The translations under genes were made by a program, and so were the position numbers. Below, piece by piece: positions 17,893 through 29,154 of a stretch of DNA of 64,000 nt; positions within the stretch are counted from its first letter, which is position 1, and the number at the start of each line of letters is the position of its first letter. The notes under the pieces are model-generated. The model did no database searches. It saw only the letters and a program-made list of their open reading frames with translations, and was not told where the DNA came from. Source of the DNA: an uncultured Candidatus Rokubacteria bacterium (lineage in GTDB: Bacteria > Methylomirabilota > Methylomirabilia > Rokubacteriales > CSP1-6); the NCBI GenBank assembly GCA_963754315.1, contig CAVWFS010000006.1:1-64000 (forward strand), written 5' to 3'.

Positions 17893-19980
17893 CTAGATCC
17901 AGCGAATCTCGTGGATGTGATCGTCTGCCCCGCGGAAGACGACGTGCTGCGTGCCGGCGCCCTCGAAGAAGAACGCGGCCGGCTTGTCCACCGCCGTCGG
18001 TGCCAGCGCGGCGCCGGTCACGTCAACTCCCACGGCGTTGCTGCCGACGATCCACCACAGCTCGCGCAGGTGGTTGTCCGCGCTCCGGTAGATCACGTGC
18101 TTGGTGTTGTTGGCCGGCACGTAGTACGCCGCCGGGTCGCTCGCGGCCACGGGTGCCCCGGCTTCTGCCGTCAGATCTCTGAACCGCACGACGTCGGCAC
18201 CCACCCACCACAGCTCGTAGATGTGCCCGTTCTGCCCGCGATACGTTACCTGATGCGTGTCGCTCTGGGCCGTGTAGTACGCGACGGGATCGCCGGCCGC
18301 CTTTGGCGATCCGGCGACCGCCGACAGGTTGTCGTGGCCGACGGCGCCCGTCGTCCAGTACAGCGTGTGGATGTGTCCATCGGTGCCGCGATAGGCGACG
18401 ATGTTCTCGCCGGTGATCGTGTTGATGTACGGCGCGGGATCGCCAGCCGCCTTGGGATGGGCTCCGGAGAGATTCTCATTGCCCGGCACGCTGGCTCCGG
18501 TCCACCACAGCGAATGCACATGTCCGTCGCCGGCGCGATAGACGACGACGCTCGTGCCATCCTTCTGGATGAATCCCGCTGGCTTGCCGGCCGTTGGCGG
18601 CGCGTGGGAGGCACCACTCAACGCGTCGTGCCCGACCGGGCCGGTCGACCAGTAGAGACCGTGGACGTGCCCGTCGATGGCGCGGTAGAGGGCGACCTCG
18701 AGCCCCTCGGGCGTGTTGATGTACGTCGTGGGATCGTTGGCCGCGCGGATCGCGTTGTTGGCGAGCTGCGTCAGATTGCTCGTGCCCGCATCGCTCCCCT
18801 TCTGCCACAGTTCGTGAAGGCGCCCCTGGCCGTCGCGGTACACGATGTTCGTGACGCCGAGGGACGCAAACACGACGCCCGACGGCGCGCCGACTGCCTT
18901 CGGCGCATTGAAGGCGCCAGATCGATCGAGGTGCAGCGCATCGCCACCGATGCCGACCTCGTGCCACGCGGCGACCACCGTGTTTCTCACCGTCGAACCG
19001 TAGAGCTCGTTGGCGATGCGCGCCGTCATCGTGGCGAACCGCTGGAAATCGGCGTTGTTCGGAAGCCGCGCATCGACCAGCGCGCGGTACCAGATCTTCC
19101 CCGCTTTCTCCCACGCGAATCCGTCGAGCGCGAACGCCACGAGGAAGAACGCTTTGTTCGGGATGCCCGAGTTGACGTGCACGCCGCCGTTGTCGAGCGT
19201 GGTCGTTACATACCGGCTCATGTGATCAGGCTGCGGATCCTTGCCGTCGGGACGGAGCGGGTGCACGAAGAGCGGGTCGTGGAACGCCGTGCCGGGCGCC
19301 TTCATCGACCGCAACGCCACGCCGTTGATGCCCGGAAGGAACATTCCCTCGCCGATCAGCCAGTCCGCCCCACGCGCCGTCTGGCGGCGCGACCATTGCT
19401 TGACGAGCGAGCCGAACACATCCGAGATCGACTCGTTGAGGGCGCCGGACTGGTCGCTGTATGGCAGTTTTCCGCCGACCACACCGTGCGTCAATTCGTG
19501 CCCGATGACGTCGACGTCGAGCGTGAAGCGCCTGAAGATCATCCCGTCGCCGTCGCCGAACACCATCTGCGAGCCGTTCCAGAACGCGTTGTTGTAGTTG
19601 GTGCCGTGGTGAACCGTGGCGATCAGGTCCTTGCCGTTGTTGTCGACCGAGTTGCGCCCGTAATTCTCCCAGTACAAGTCGAACGTGAACCCGAGGCCAT
19701 CGTAGGCTTCGTTGACGGCCACGTCGCCGCTGGCAGTCTGGCCCTCGCTGCGAATCAGCGTGCCCGGCAGGCCGAAGGTGTTGCCGCCGGAATGCACGCG
19801 CCGGTTCTTGTGCGGCGCGAGCGCCGATTCGACCACCTCGGTTTGCATGAGCGCCATCGCCTGCCGCCCGGCGCGGATCTGCTGATCTATCGCCAGCGTT
19901 TGCCGCGCGGCCGCCTGTTGACTGGGCGTGCCGTTCCGGGCGATCGCTTCAAGAAGAAAGGGCGGGATGATACCGCGCAT
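17893..19980 (-). CDS. M4 metallopeptidase (protealysin-like) fused to a C-terminal 7-repeat beta-propeller/lectin-like domain
   Basis: Short IIPP propeptide, NAFWNG, HELTH, NESISD and GGVHVNSGIPN. Seven repeats of (V/I)YRxxDGH(I/V)HxL(W/Y)W follow. Confidence 0.9.
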   Translation of the reverse strand: MRGIIPPFLLEAIARNGTPSQQAAARQTLAIDQQIRAGRQAMALMQTEVVESALAPHKNRRVHSGGNTFGLPGTLIRSEGQTASGDVAVNEAYDGLGFTFDLYWENYGRNSVDNNGKDLIATVHHGTNYNNAFWNGSQMVFGDGDGMIFRRFTLDVDVIGHELTHGVVGGKLPYSDQSGALNESISDVFGSLVKQWSRRQTARGADWLIGEGMFLPGINGVALRSMKAPGTAFHDPLFVHPLRPDGKDPQPDHMSRYVTTTLDNGGVHVNSGIPNKAFFLVAFALDGFAWEKAGKIWYRALVDARLPNNADFQRFATMTARIANELYGSTVRNTVVAAWHEVGIGGDALHLDRSGAFNAPKAVGAPSGVVFASLGVTNIVYRDGQGRLHELWQKGSDAGTSNLTQLANNAIRAANDPTTYINTPEGLEVALYRAIDGHVHGLYWSTGPVGHDALSGASHAPPTAGKPAGFIQKDGTSVVVYRAGDGHVHSLWWTGASVPGNENLSGAHPKAAGDPAPYINTITGENIVAYRGTDGHIHTLYWTTGAVGHDNLSAVAGSPKAAGDPVAYYTAQSDTHQVTYRGQNGHIYELWWVGADVVRFRDLTAEAGAPVAASDPAAYYVPANNTKHVIYRSADNHLRELWWIVGSNAVGVDVTGAALAPTAVDKPAAFFFEGAGTQHVVFRGADDHIHEIRWI

Positions 19981-20000
19981 GGAGGTGCCTCCTCATCAGA

Positions 20001-20318
20001 TCATCGGGGCCGTGGCGGCCGCGCCAGTCTTTGAAGCTGAGACACGAGCCGTCCAAGCGCCAGGTCCGTGATCGGGTCGGTGAATTGAATGGTGTGCGCC
20101 CGGCGGCCGTCGTCCACGGTGAGGGTGTAGGTCTGGTAGTCGGCCGCACCCTCCGGCGGCGCGACGGCGGCCGGCTGATCGAAGAAGCGCGCGTCTTGCA
20201 CCAGCGCTTCGAGCTCATGCGCGGCGTGCGCGTCCATCTGGGCCGTCTCGATGATGACGGGCTTTCCCAATGCAGGAAGGAAAACGAATCCACCGGTGGT
20301 TTCGAACACGATCTTCAT
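20001..20318 (-). CDS. Protealysin inhibitor emfourin-like protein
   Basis: TGGFVFLPAL...GAADYQTYTLTV pattern, adjacent to the M4 protease gene. Confidence 0.8.
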   Translation of the reverse strand: MKIVFETTGGFVFLPALGKPVIIETAQMDAHAAHELEALVQDARFFDQPAAVAPPEGAADYQTYTLTVDDGRRAHTIQFTDPITDLALGRLVSQLQRLARPPRPR

Positions 20319-20419
20319 GAGGGCACACGCGGATTCTCGCATGGCTCATCGTTAGCGCATCGATCCGACAATCTTGTTCTCGTGTCGTGAAGGATCCTGT
20401 CCTGGCCCAAAAGGACAAT

Positions 20420-20698
20420 ACGAGCGGCCGAGAAGGGCGCGGAGGAAGGTCCAGACGCCCAGGGCGAGGATCATTGCAGCTCCCGACGGTGGGGGATGAA
20501 GGGCTGGCCGAAATTCTACATCAGGCTTTTCAACGTGGAGTTTCTGACCGGCACAGCTAGCTGGCGGGGGCCGCCGAAGAGGACGGGGAGGAGTCGAAGC
20601 AGGTGGAGCAGCAGAGTGATCATCGAGCTGGAATGGTGGCCGGATGCGGATCAACAGATCAACCGCTTGGCCGGCAGATGGGGTTTTGGCGATGGACA
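20420..20698 (-). mobile_element. IS481-like relics (5' end and N-terminal transposase scraps)
   Basis: About 20565-20698 matches 8225-8360 and ends GGGGTTTTGGCGATGGACA. MILALGVWTFLRALLG looks like a related transposase N-terminus. Confidence 0.7.
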
Positions 20699-20709
20699 GC
20701 GTCGATCGC

Positions 20710-22231
20710 TCAACCTCGGCGCAGGATCTCGGCCGCGGCACTGATGGCGTGCAGCTTGTCCTCGGCGATGCGGGCCGAGGCTACCGGGCTGTCGGCGAAG
20801 GTGGCAAAGCCGCAGTCGGGCGTGAGCAAGACGCGTTCGGCACCGAAGAGCTCGATGGCCATCCGGGCGCGGGTGACGATCTCGTCGACGGTCTCGACCC
20901 GGTCGTGCTTCTGGTTGACCACCCCGACTCCGATGCGGCACTCAGTCGGCAAGTCCTTCAGGACAGCCAGCTCGCCGGCGCGCGGCGTGGCCAGCTCCAG
21001 GAGGAACGCGCCGACTTCTCACCTCGTTGAGGAACGGGAGCAGAGGGCGGTAATCGCCCGCCAGCGCGGCACGCTCGTCGCGCGTCCAGTTTCCTCGGCA
21101 GACGTGCAGAGCCAATCGTTGACTCGGCACCCCTTCGACGACCTGGTCGAAGAGCGCGCGCGCGAAGGCCAGCTCGTGGGCCGGGTCGCCCTTTTCGCTC
21201 AGCGCGCCACACATGAAGCTGCGCGTATTCTTGGCGCCCGTGAAGACCACCTCGGACAGCACCGGCTCGTCGAGCTGGATGAGAGCCGCCCCCGACGCCA
21301 GCAGAAAGTGCAGCTCCTCACGCAGCACCCGCACGATGTCCTCGGCCAGGTGCTCGCGCGATCGATAGGCCCGGTCCGAGATGCACTCCATCCACATGGT
21401 GCGCGTCAACAGGTAGGGCCCGGGCAGCGCCACTTTCACCGGCTTGTCGGTCAGCGACCGCACGAACTCGAGCTCGTGGACCGTCAGCGGGCGACCGCGG
21501 CTCAACGGACCGAAGACCGCCGGGTGGCGAACCTCGCTGGCCGGCACATCGAGCGATTGCATTTCCTTCTCGAATTTTTCAGGATCGTCGACGAGGGGCA
21601 GGAGGTCCGTGAGGGGAATGAGTTGACAGTTGTCGAGTCGGCCTCCCACGAAGCTGGCGTAGTTATCCCGACGCTGCTCGCCGTCGGTCATCACGTCTAC
21701 ACCTGCCCGGAGCTGGGCATCGACGGCGAGCCGCGTGGCATCCTCGGCGGTGGCGCGGAACTCATCGTCGGACAGCCGACCCTCCATGTGCTCGTGAATG
21801 GCCTGGAGCATCCAGCGCGGCCGCGGCCAGCTCCCGATTCCCATTACGGCTAGCGCGGGAATCGCCGGCGCCGGCACGGGCGGGGGAAGGCTGGCCGGGA
21901 TCGTGACCGGAACGATCCGCTGGCGTATCGGAAGCGGCGCTCGCGCAGATACCCTCTCGGGTCGACGCTCGGCGAGGGTGCCCTTGCACACGAGAAAGCT
22001 TCGTACCTTGCCGTGCTTCGTCCAGGACACCAGCTCGTTACCGGTCAGCCGACACCAGGCAGGGAAATCTGCCTCGACCGAGATCTCGGTGGACCGGAAC
22101 TCGAGGAGCCCCCCACGCGGCAACGGGTCCATGTGCTGCCGGATCAGCAGCAGCAGGCCGTTGCCGCAGTCGAGGTCGCCCCCGTCGAAGTCGGCGTCGG
22201 GACGCTGGGAGTGCTGGGCGACAGGCTCCAT
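20710..22231 (-). CDS. TusA-like domain fused to a cobalamin-independent methionine synthase II-like (MetE C-terminal/XecA-like) domain, with one frameshift
   Basis: N-terminal GDLDCG...PAWCRLTG, then GSWPRP, TDGEQRR, QLDEP, LHVCRGN and TPDCGF. One extra base near 21017; removing it restores ...VGAFLLELATPRAGE...CRIGVGVVNQK. Confidence 0.8.
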
Positions 22232-22243
22232 CGCAGCGGCCGG

Positions 22244-22606
22244 CTAGTAGCTAACGCAGGGACTCCCGTCGGACAGAAACTCGACCAGCTTGGCGCCCCC
22301 GACGATCGACGCGCCCGCCACCAGATTGTTCTCGTCGAGCTTGCGCTTCTTGAAGCAGGGCGAGCACACGTACATGGCGCCGCCACTCTTGGCAAAGTTC
22401 TCCATCAGCTCCTTGAGGGGGGCGAACCCTTCCTCGTGGATGCCGTCGGCGAATCCCTTCTGGGAGAGGCGCACCCCTTCGATGCTCAGGAAGACCAGCG
22501 TCTCCTTGCCGGAGCCGAGGGCGGCGTTGGCTACCACGAAGGCCACCGTGGCCTTGTCCGTGTTGTCCTTGGCGTGGGTGAGGCTGACACAGAACTTGTT
22601 GGCCAT
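22244..22606 (-). CDS. DsrE/DsrF-like sulfur-relay protein
   Basis: ATVAFVVANAA, VFLSIEGV and VCSPC. Confidence 0.85.
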   Translation of the reverse strand: MANKFCVSLTHAKDNTDKATVAFVVANAALGSGKETLVFLSIEGVRLSQKGFADGIHEEGFAPLKELMENFAKSGGAMYVCSPCFKKRKLDENNLVAGASIVGGAKLVEFLSDGSPCVSY

Positions 22607-22609
22607 GGC

Positions 22610-22846
22610 TCACGTCTCCTTTCGACGGATGTGGTACACGGGATGGCACGCCTCGACCAGTGTGTGTCCGGTGAGACGACACCAGGCGGGCACATCAGCG
22701 GGAGCGCCGGGGTCGCGGGCGGTCAGCTCGAGCACTTGACCAGGTTCCATGTGCTCGAGCCGCATGCGTAACTCCAAGACCAGTTCGCCACAGCCAAGGT
22801 CTCCCGCGTTCCATTTCATGGAAAGAGCCGATTCGCCTCCCATCAT
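22610..22846 (-). CDS. TusA/SirA-family sulfur carrier
   Basis: AGDLGCG...GQVLELTARDPGAPADVPAWCRLTGH. Confidence 0.85.
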   Translation of the reverse strand: MMGGESALSMKWNAGDLGCGELVLELRMRLEHMEPGQVLELTARDPGAPADVPAWCRLTGHTLVEACHPVYHIRRKET

Positions 22847-22849
22847 ACG

Positions 22850-23770
22850 GCGATGCGGCGGCGGTCGCTTGCGCGCTCGTAGAGCTGCTCGAGGGCCCGG
22901 TTATCGAAGCTCGCCATCGCCGCATCTTCCAGGAGCGTCCCCTCGCGCAGGGCGATGATGTGGCGAAGCTCCTGGCCAGATGCACCTGATGCAGGCTGGC
23001 CACCACTGCGACCCCCGCCGCTGCCGCCGCCCGCAGGGACTCGAGGACGGTGGCCGCGGATTCGGGATCGAGGCTCGCCACCGGCTCGGTGGATCTCCAC
23101 GAGAATCTGCTGGACGCGCTTAGCCAGGGCCGGATCGAAGTCCTTCGGAACGGCGATTGGCATCGTTGGGCAGCGGATCGGACTGCCACACAACCTCGGT
23201 GGCGTTCCGCTCCAGCTTGCCGCTCTCGATCATGGCGTTGCGGTTGCGGTCGAAGTCGGTCGCGCAGTCCACCTGACCGCTCGCTACGCTGATCTCGTTG
23301 GCGGCGTGGGTGGCGCCAACCAGCCCGACGTGGAGCCCACGTCGGCGAACGACACGCGCTTGCCCTTCGCTCCGTCGGGCCACGACTTCACGAGAACCGG
23401 GCCGACACACCACGATCGCGTAATAGATGGGTTTACCGTCATACTTCGCGGTGGCGATTGCCTGTGCACCGGAATCGTCGTTCGCCAGCACGTAGCCCCA
23501 CGGGCCCATCCAGGCCAGATCGACCTGGTTGTTGGCGAGCGCCACCGAGATTCCCGCCCAGTCGGTGGTGGCCACCAGGTCATAGTCGCGGTTGAGCTGG
23601 CTGGCCCGCGAGATACTTGAAGAATGGATCGTAGGCTTTCTTGGTCTCGCCCGGCGTAGGCTGCAGTGGCCCCACACCGAACCTGATCTTGCCGGCCTTT
23701 TCCTGGGCTGCCAGAGAACCAGCCAAGCCCAGCACCGCCAGCGCACACCCCACCATCACCATGCGTATCG
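22850..23770 (-). pseudogene. Degraded phosphonate/phosphite ABC transporter genes (PhnD-like binding protein and PhnC-like ATPase C-terminus)
   Basis: IRFGVGPLQPT, VDLAWMGPWGYV, ADVGSTSGW, QSDPLPND and EPVASLDP..ASLHQVHLA appear in several frames with deletions. Confidence 0.75.
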
Positions 23771-23928
23771 TCGATTGCATTCTCGCGCGGTCTCCCCGGG
23801 AGAAGTGTTCGCATGCTATCAAACCGAGGAGAGAACGTAAATCGGTCGTGCCGATGCGAAAGCCCCACGGATTCGTCAACCGATGCGTCGCAGCCGCCCA
23901 CCTCGCGATCATCGTCGGCTCAACATCC

Positions 23929-23955
23929 TGTCCTTCGCCAGAAGCCCATCCGGGC
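23929..23955. mobile_element. Isolated IS481-like end
   Basis: TGTCCTTCGCCAGAAGCCCATCCG resembles the terminal repeat at 7050. Confidence 0.6.
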
Positions 23956-24333
23956 GGCGTCGCGACTATTCTGGGAGCTGAGCTGGCGACACGTTGCCGA
24001 CCAATCGACGCTGTTCTGACGAATGACTTCGCCGGCGGCATGCCTGGTCCCGCGTTGGGGCGGTCGCCTGGCGGCGGCTGCCGCCGCTGAGTGTTTCACC
24101 CACACGCACGGCAAACCTCCGCGCGTGGAGAGGCAGCGCTTTCATGCCATCATAACCTCGTCCGACTCGTTTGGCGGACCTTCGGATACGCCTCGCGGGC
24201 TCCATCCGGGTGCGGGATGGTGAGGGAGATATCGGCGGCCTGGAGGAGGTAGCGGTCGTGCCGACGAGAGTAGTGTTTCGTTCGAGGGCCCGCGCAGCAA
24301 TTCTTAGAATCGACGAAATGGGGGAGGAGAACG

Positions 24334-24717
24334 ATGAGAAAGATCGTCCTGGGAGTATTCACGAGTCTCGTTATCGCCGCCGGTGCGGCCGATTCGGTGG
24401 CGCAGACGGCCGGGGTCAGCGTCTCCACGGTTGAGCTGCGAAGGGTCGCAACGGGGTGGAGTGCGAAGAAGCAGATCCTCGGGAAGGACGTCTACAACGA
24501 CGCCGGCGACAAGGTCGGCGAAATCAACGATCTGATCGTGACGCCGGACAAGGCTGTGTCATACGCGATCGTCGGTGTTGGCGGATTCCTCGGCATCGGA
24601 GAGCATGAGATCGCGGTGCCGGTGGGCAAGTTGAAGCAGGAGAAGGGCAAGATCGTCCTGCGTGGAGCGACGAAGGAAGCGCTGAAGGGGGCGCCGAAGT
24701 TCGAGTACGCGAAGTAG
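24334..24717 (+). CDS. Exported PRC-barrel domain protein
   Basis: Signal peptide, ILGKDVYN..GDKVGEINDLIV and VGVGGFLGIGEH. GAGGAG RBS. Confidence 0.88.
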   Translation: MRKIVLGVFTSLVIAAGAADSVAQTAGVSVSTVELRRVATGWSAKKQILGKDVYNDAGDKVGEINDLIVTPDKAVSYAIVGVGGFLGIGEHEIAVPVGKLKQEKGKIVLRGATKEALKGAPKFEYAK

Positions 24718-24763
24718 CCGTCGATCGCGCGGAGCCCAGCGGGCCCCTGGGCGCCACGCATCA

Positions 24764-24975
24764 TTACGCGCCACGTCGACCTCGTGAAGCCGCGCCGTGT
24801 TGGCTCCCGACGATCTGCGCGCGCGCTCCTCGGGGGCGACGTCGGTCAGTATCTCCGCGAGGATCTTCCGCGACTGCGGGAAGGTGGACTCGCTCGTGGG
24901 GATAGTCGGAGCCCCACATCATGTTGTCCACGCCGATGACGTCGTGGAGGCGAATGCTGATGGCGTCCTCCTGAT
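24764..24975 (-). pseudogene. C-terminal remnant of an amidohydrolase_2 family protein
   Basis: QEDAI...IGVDNMMWGSDYPHE followed by a frameshift. Confidence 0.65.
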
Positions 24976-24977
24976 AT

Positions 24978-27900
24978 CTACGCCAGCTCCTCCAGCAACG
25001 CTTTGGCCTCCTGGAGATCGGCAGTGTCAAAGCCCTCGGTGAACCACGCGTAGACTTGAGCCAGCAGGTCGTGCGCCTCCTGCCGTTTCCCTTCCTGGTG
25101 CCAGAGCCGACTCAGACTCATGGCGGCCCGCAACTCCAGCGATTTTGCCTCCTGGCGGCGGGCCACATCCAGGGCCCGCTGGAAGCAGGTCTCCACCTCG
25201 GCCTGCGCTGTCCCCGGCTGGCGCAGGAGGAAGCTCCCCCGGAGACGATACAGCTCCGCCTCCACCAAGCGTTGTCCCGTGCCCTGCGCGGCCGCCAGTG
25301 CCTCGTCCAGGGTGGCAAGCCCCGCCTCGACCTGCCCGTCTTGGGCGTAGACGTCGGCCAGCAGCCCAAGAAAAAGCGGCTCCCAGACCGCGCTCCCCGT
25401 CTCTCGCACGGCCGCCAGGTCCCGACGGATCTGGCCGATCTGCTCCCCCCGCTGGCCGAGCGCAGTCCTCGTCCCGCCGCGCAGGATCCCGCCCATCGCC
25501 CGAAAGAGCGCAAACCCCTGCTCCGTCGCCAGAGCGATGAGCGCCTCGGCCTGCTCGTGCGCGGCGTCGGTTTCCCGGCGCAGCTGGTAGGCAATGGCCG
25601 TCAGCATCCTCGCGAAGGCCAGACTCGGGGGATGCACCAACTCCTGGGCCAAGGCGTGCGCAGCGTGCAGTTGTCGCAGAGCCTGGTCGGGATAGCCCAG
25701 CAACCAGAGGACCACGGCCGCCCCGCCCCGGCAACACACGCCAGGGTCGTGCCCATAGAGGACAGCCAGCGCGCGGTGCTGCTGAGGGTCGTAGAGCGCC
25801 AGGCCCTGCTCCAGGTGGGTGCGCGCAAGGGGCAGCTCTCCCATCAGGAGATGCGGTGGTCCAGAGCGCGTGGTGGGCCTCCAGCCGGCGCGACGGGTCG
25901 TGTCCCTGCTGCGCCAGCTGCAGACACTGCTCCCCCAGCTCGCGCGCCGTCTGGTACGCCCCCCGCCCGTTATAGAACTGCCAGAGTCCCCGCAGGACGG
26001 AGAAGCGCTGGGGCGTCTCGCCCACGCGCTCACAGAGCGCCCGCGCCCGGGCATAGGCGTGTTCCGCCTCGGGGGCGCCAAAGCCCTTCGTGTTCATCAA
26101 CGCCGGGCCCAGGGTGGTCTGTAGGAGAAGCTCCTGCTGGATGCGCTCGGTGGTCTCCGGGAGCGTCTGGAGCACCGCGAGCCCTGTCTTCAGGTGGCTG
26201 ATCGCCTCCAGGTGGGCGGAGCGCGCCACCGCCCTCTCGCCTGCCCGTTGCCAGTACCCGACAGCCTGCGCAGAGTGCCCGGCCTCGGTGAGGTGGTGTG
26301 CCAGCAGTTCCGGCTGGGTCGCGACCATCTCAGGAAACTGCGCTTCGAGCACCTGCGCCGTCCGCTGGTGGACCTGTTGCCGGGTGCTCTTGAGCAACGA
26401 GGCATAGGCCGCGTCTTGGATCAATGCATGCTTGAACACATAGCGGGCCCTCGGCGGCCGGCCGCGCTGGTAGAGGAGCTCGGCGGCCACCAATTGCTCC
26501 AGCGCCGCCTTTAGGCTGTTTTCGTCCTGCGGGGCAATACTCCGGACCAGCTCATAGGTAAACTCCCGCCCCAGCACCGCCCCGAGCTGGGCGACCTCTT
26601 TGGGTGCCGGGAGCTGATCCAGGCGGGCCATGAGCGCATCCTGCAAGGTGTCGGGGATCGCCACCGTGCGCAGCGGCCCGGTCAGCACATACTGACCGGC
26701 CTCCTCCCGGAGCAGGGGGGACGCCAGCAACACCTTCGTCAGCTCTTCGACATACAGTGGCACCCCATCCGTTTTGGTCACGATGTGCTGCACCACCTCG
26801 GTGGGCAGGGCTTTGCCTCCCACCCGCTGCGCAATCAGCGCCTCGACCTGCCGGCGCTCCAGGCGATTGAGCACGAGCGAGGTGAGGTGCGAGCGTGGCG
26901 GCCAGGGCGGGCGAAACGCGGGGCGAGACGTCAGGACGTGCAGCATCGGCGCCGTGGGCGCCTGCTCGATCACGAGCCCGAGCATCTCCAGCGTGGTCGG
27001 GTCGGCCCAGTGCAGGTCTTCCCACACCGCCAGCACGGGCTGCCGCTCAGCCTGTGCCGCCAGCCATGCGACCAGCGTGTCCAGCGTCTGCTGTTTCTGC
27101 TGCTGCGGGGTCCCCGTCAGGGGCGCATACCGGTCTGCCGGGAGCGGAACCGCCAGCAACCCGGCGAACAGCGGCACCGCTTCGGCCAGCGGCAGATCAG
27201 AGGACCGCAGCCCCGCTTCCAGCTTGCTCAGCCGGGTCGCGGGGGCATCGTCCGCCGCAAGTTGCCATACGTGCTCGAGGTGGGTGATCACGGGATAGAG
27301 GGCGCTGGCGGTGTGATAGGGCGAGCAGCGAAAGGCCATGCGCGGCGAGCCCTCCGCACGCACGTGCGCCCGCAGCGCCCCCACCAGAGCTGACTTGCCA
27401 ATACCGGCCTCGCCGCTGACGAAGACGACCTGCCCCAGCCCGGCTTTGCTCTCGTTCCAGCGGCGGAGGAGCAGCCCGCCTTCTTCCTCGCGCCCCACCA
27501 GCGTCGGCACCGTGGCGGTCACAAAGTCCTCGTCAGGACCGGGCGCCGCCAGGGGGCCACGCACACGGCTGATCGCCATGGGCTCGGCAACCCCGCGGAG
27601 GGTGTGGGTCCCCAGATCTTCCAGGGCAAACGTTCCGGACACGAGCCGAGCGGTCACGGGGCTGATCACCACCGCGTCGGGCGGGGCGAGGCCTTGGAGC
27701 CGCGCCGCGATATTGAGGGTTTCCCCCATCGCCTGGCGCTCGTGGCGCCCGGCGCCTCCCATGACCCCCACCACGACCAGGCCGGTGTGGATACCGAGCC
27801 GCACGGCGAGCTTCACCCCGTGCAGTCCCATCAGCCGGGTATTCAGGGTCAGCCATGGCCTCGACAATGCCCAGGCCCGTGTGCACCGCGCGCCGGGCAT

Positions 27901-28659
27901 CGTCTTCATGAGCCGTGGGGTAGCCAAAATAGACCAGCAGGCCATCGCCGAGATACTGGGCGATATGGCCCGCGTACTGCTGGATGACTGCGGTTGCGGT
28001 CTCCTGGTAGGCGCAGATCACGCGCCCGGAAGTCTTCCGGGTCAAGCTGGCCCGAGAGCTGGGTGGAGCCCACCAGATCGCAGAAGAGCGCGGTGAGCTG
28101 CCGTCGTTCGGCCTCCTCTGGACCGCTGTGCACCTCCGGTGGAAGTGAGGACAGGCACATCCTCTGGCGTGTGTGGCACACCGTCGTCCGCGGGGAGGGC
28201 GGCGAGTGCCATGGCCGCGTCGGGTGCCCGCGGTGCGTCCTCCCCCGTCCAGACGAGCCCCTGGCCGTCCTCCTCGCGCGCCAGCCGGCGAAAGCGCAGC
28301 TCGTCCCGCACGGCGTGCAGGCAGTCATCGTCCACGCCCAGCACCTGGCGCAGGGTCCGGTACGTGACCCGCTGCTCGCGCTGGAGCAGCGCCATCACCG
28401 CCAGGAGCACGGTGTGGAGCCGGCGCTCGGCCTCGGCCTGCTGGCGGATGCCTGGCTCCGCGCCAGGAGGTGTCCCTGTCCAGACGAGAATCGCGGCCTG
28501 TTCATCGACAGCAAGGTGCTGGGCGTTGATGAGCTCGTCCTTCAGATCCTCCAGGCAGGCATCGTCGAGCTGGAACTCGCGCTTGAGGCCACGATAGGTC
28601 ACCCGACCCCGCTCCCGCAAAAGTGCCACCACCTGGTCGAGCACCTCGTAGAACCCCAT
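24978..28659 (-). pseudogene. Class III adenylate/guanylate cyclase-AAA ATPase-TPR protein, split by at least 3 frameshifts (pseudogene or sequencing error)
   Basis: [38 protein letters not shown] (P-loop), EDLHWAD, FKHALIQDAAY and C-terminal FTEGFDTADL. Frame breaks are near 28030, 27850 and 25850. Confidence 0.85.
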
Positions 28660-28691
28660 CGCGCCGCTCTCTCCCCCGCGGGGTCTGACGA

Positions 28692-29082
28692 TCACTTCAC
28701 TGGCACGAGCACCGGCGCCCCTTTCTTCTTGATCAACATCACCAGGAATTTTGCCGGCCTCGTGGTGCTTGCGTTCCGGCCGACGACGTGAATATCGTCG
28801 GGCCCCTCGTAGAACGTCTGCCCTGGCCCGAGCGTCACTTCCTTTCCCCCTCGCACCTGCATGACGACCGTGCCTTCCAGCACGTAGAGGAACCCGTGCG
28901 CATCGTGACGGTGCACGGGGTCGCGCGCCGCCCGGCGGATACTCCACGGTGATCATCAAGACTTCCTTGCCTGGAAAGTCAGGCAGATCCTTCGACATGA
29001 GCGACACGACTTCAGGTTGCTGAGCCGTCGCCGTGTTCGTCATGAGGAAGAGCAGGAGCAGTGAAAGTGTCGTCTTCTTCAT
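28692..29082 (-). CDS. Exported cupin-domain protein, with one frameshift
   Basis: Signal peptide and VEYPPGG, an extra base near 28925, then DPVHRHDAHGFLYVLEG...GQTFYE..DIH. Confidence 0.8.
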
Positions 29083-29154
29083 CGTTGCCCTTTCCGTGTG
29101 CCGGTGGAAACCCTGTGGCGGTACCTGTGTGCCGTTCCTTCAGGGTGCCAAGGC

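Noticed and set aside
17911..20034. Long antisense ORFs (also 15714-17225, 43551-44594, 59818-61131 and similar)
   Set aside because: Shadow frames of real high-GC genes with no recognisable motifs.
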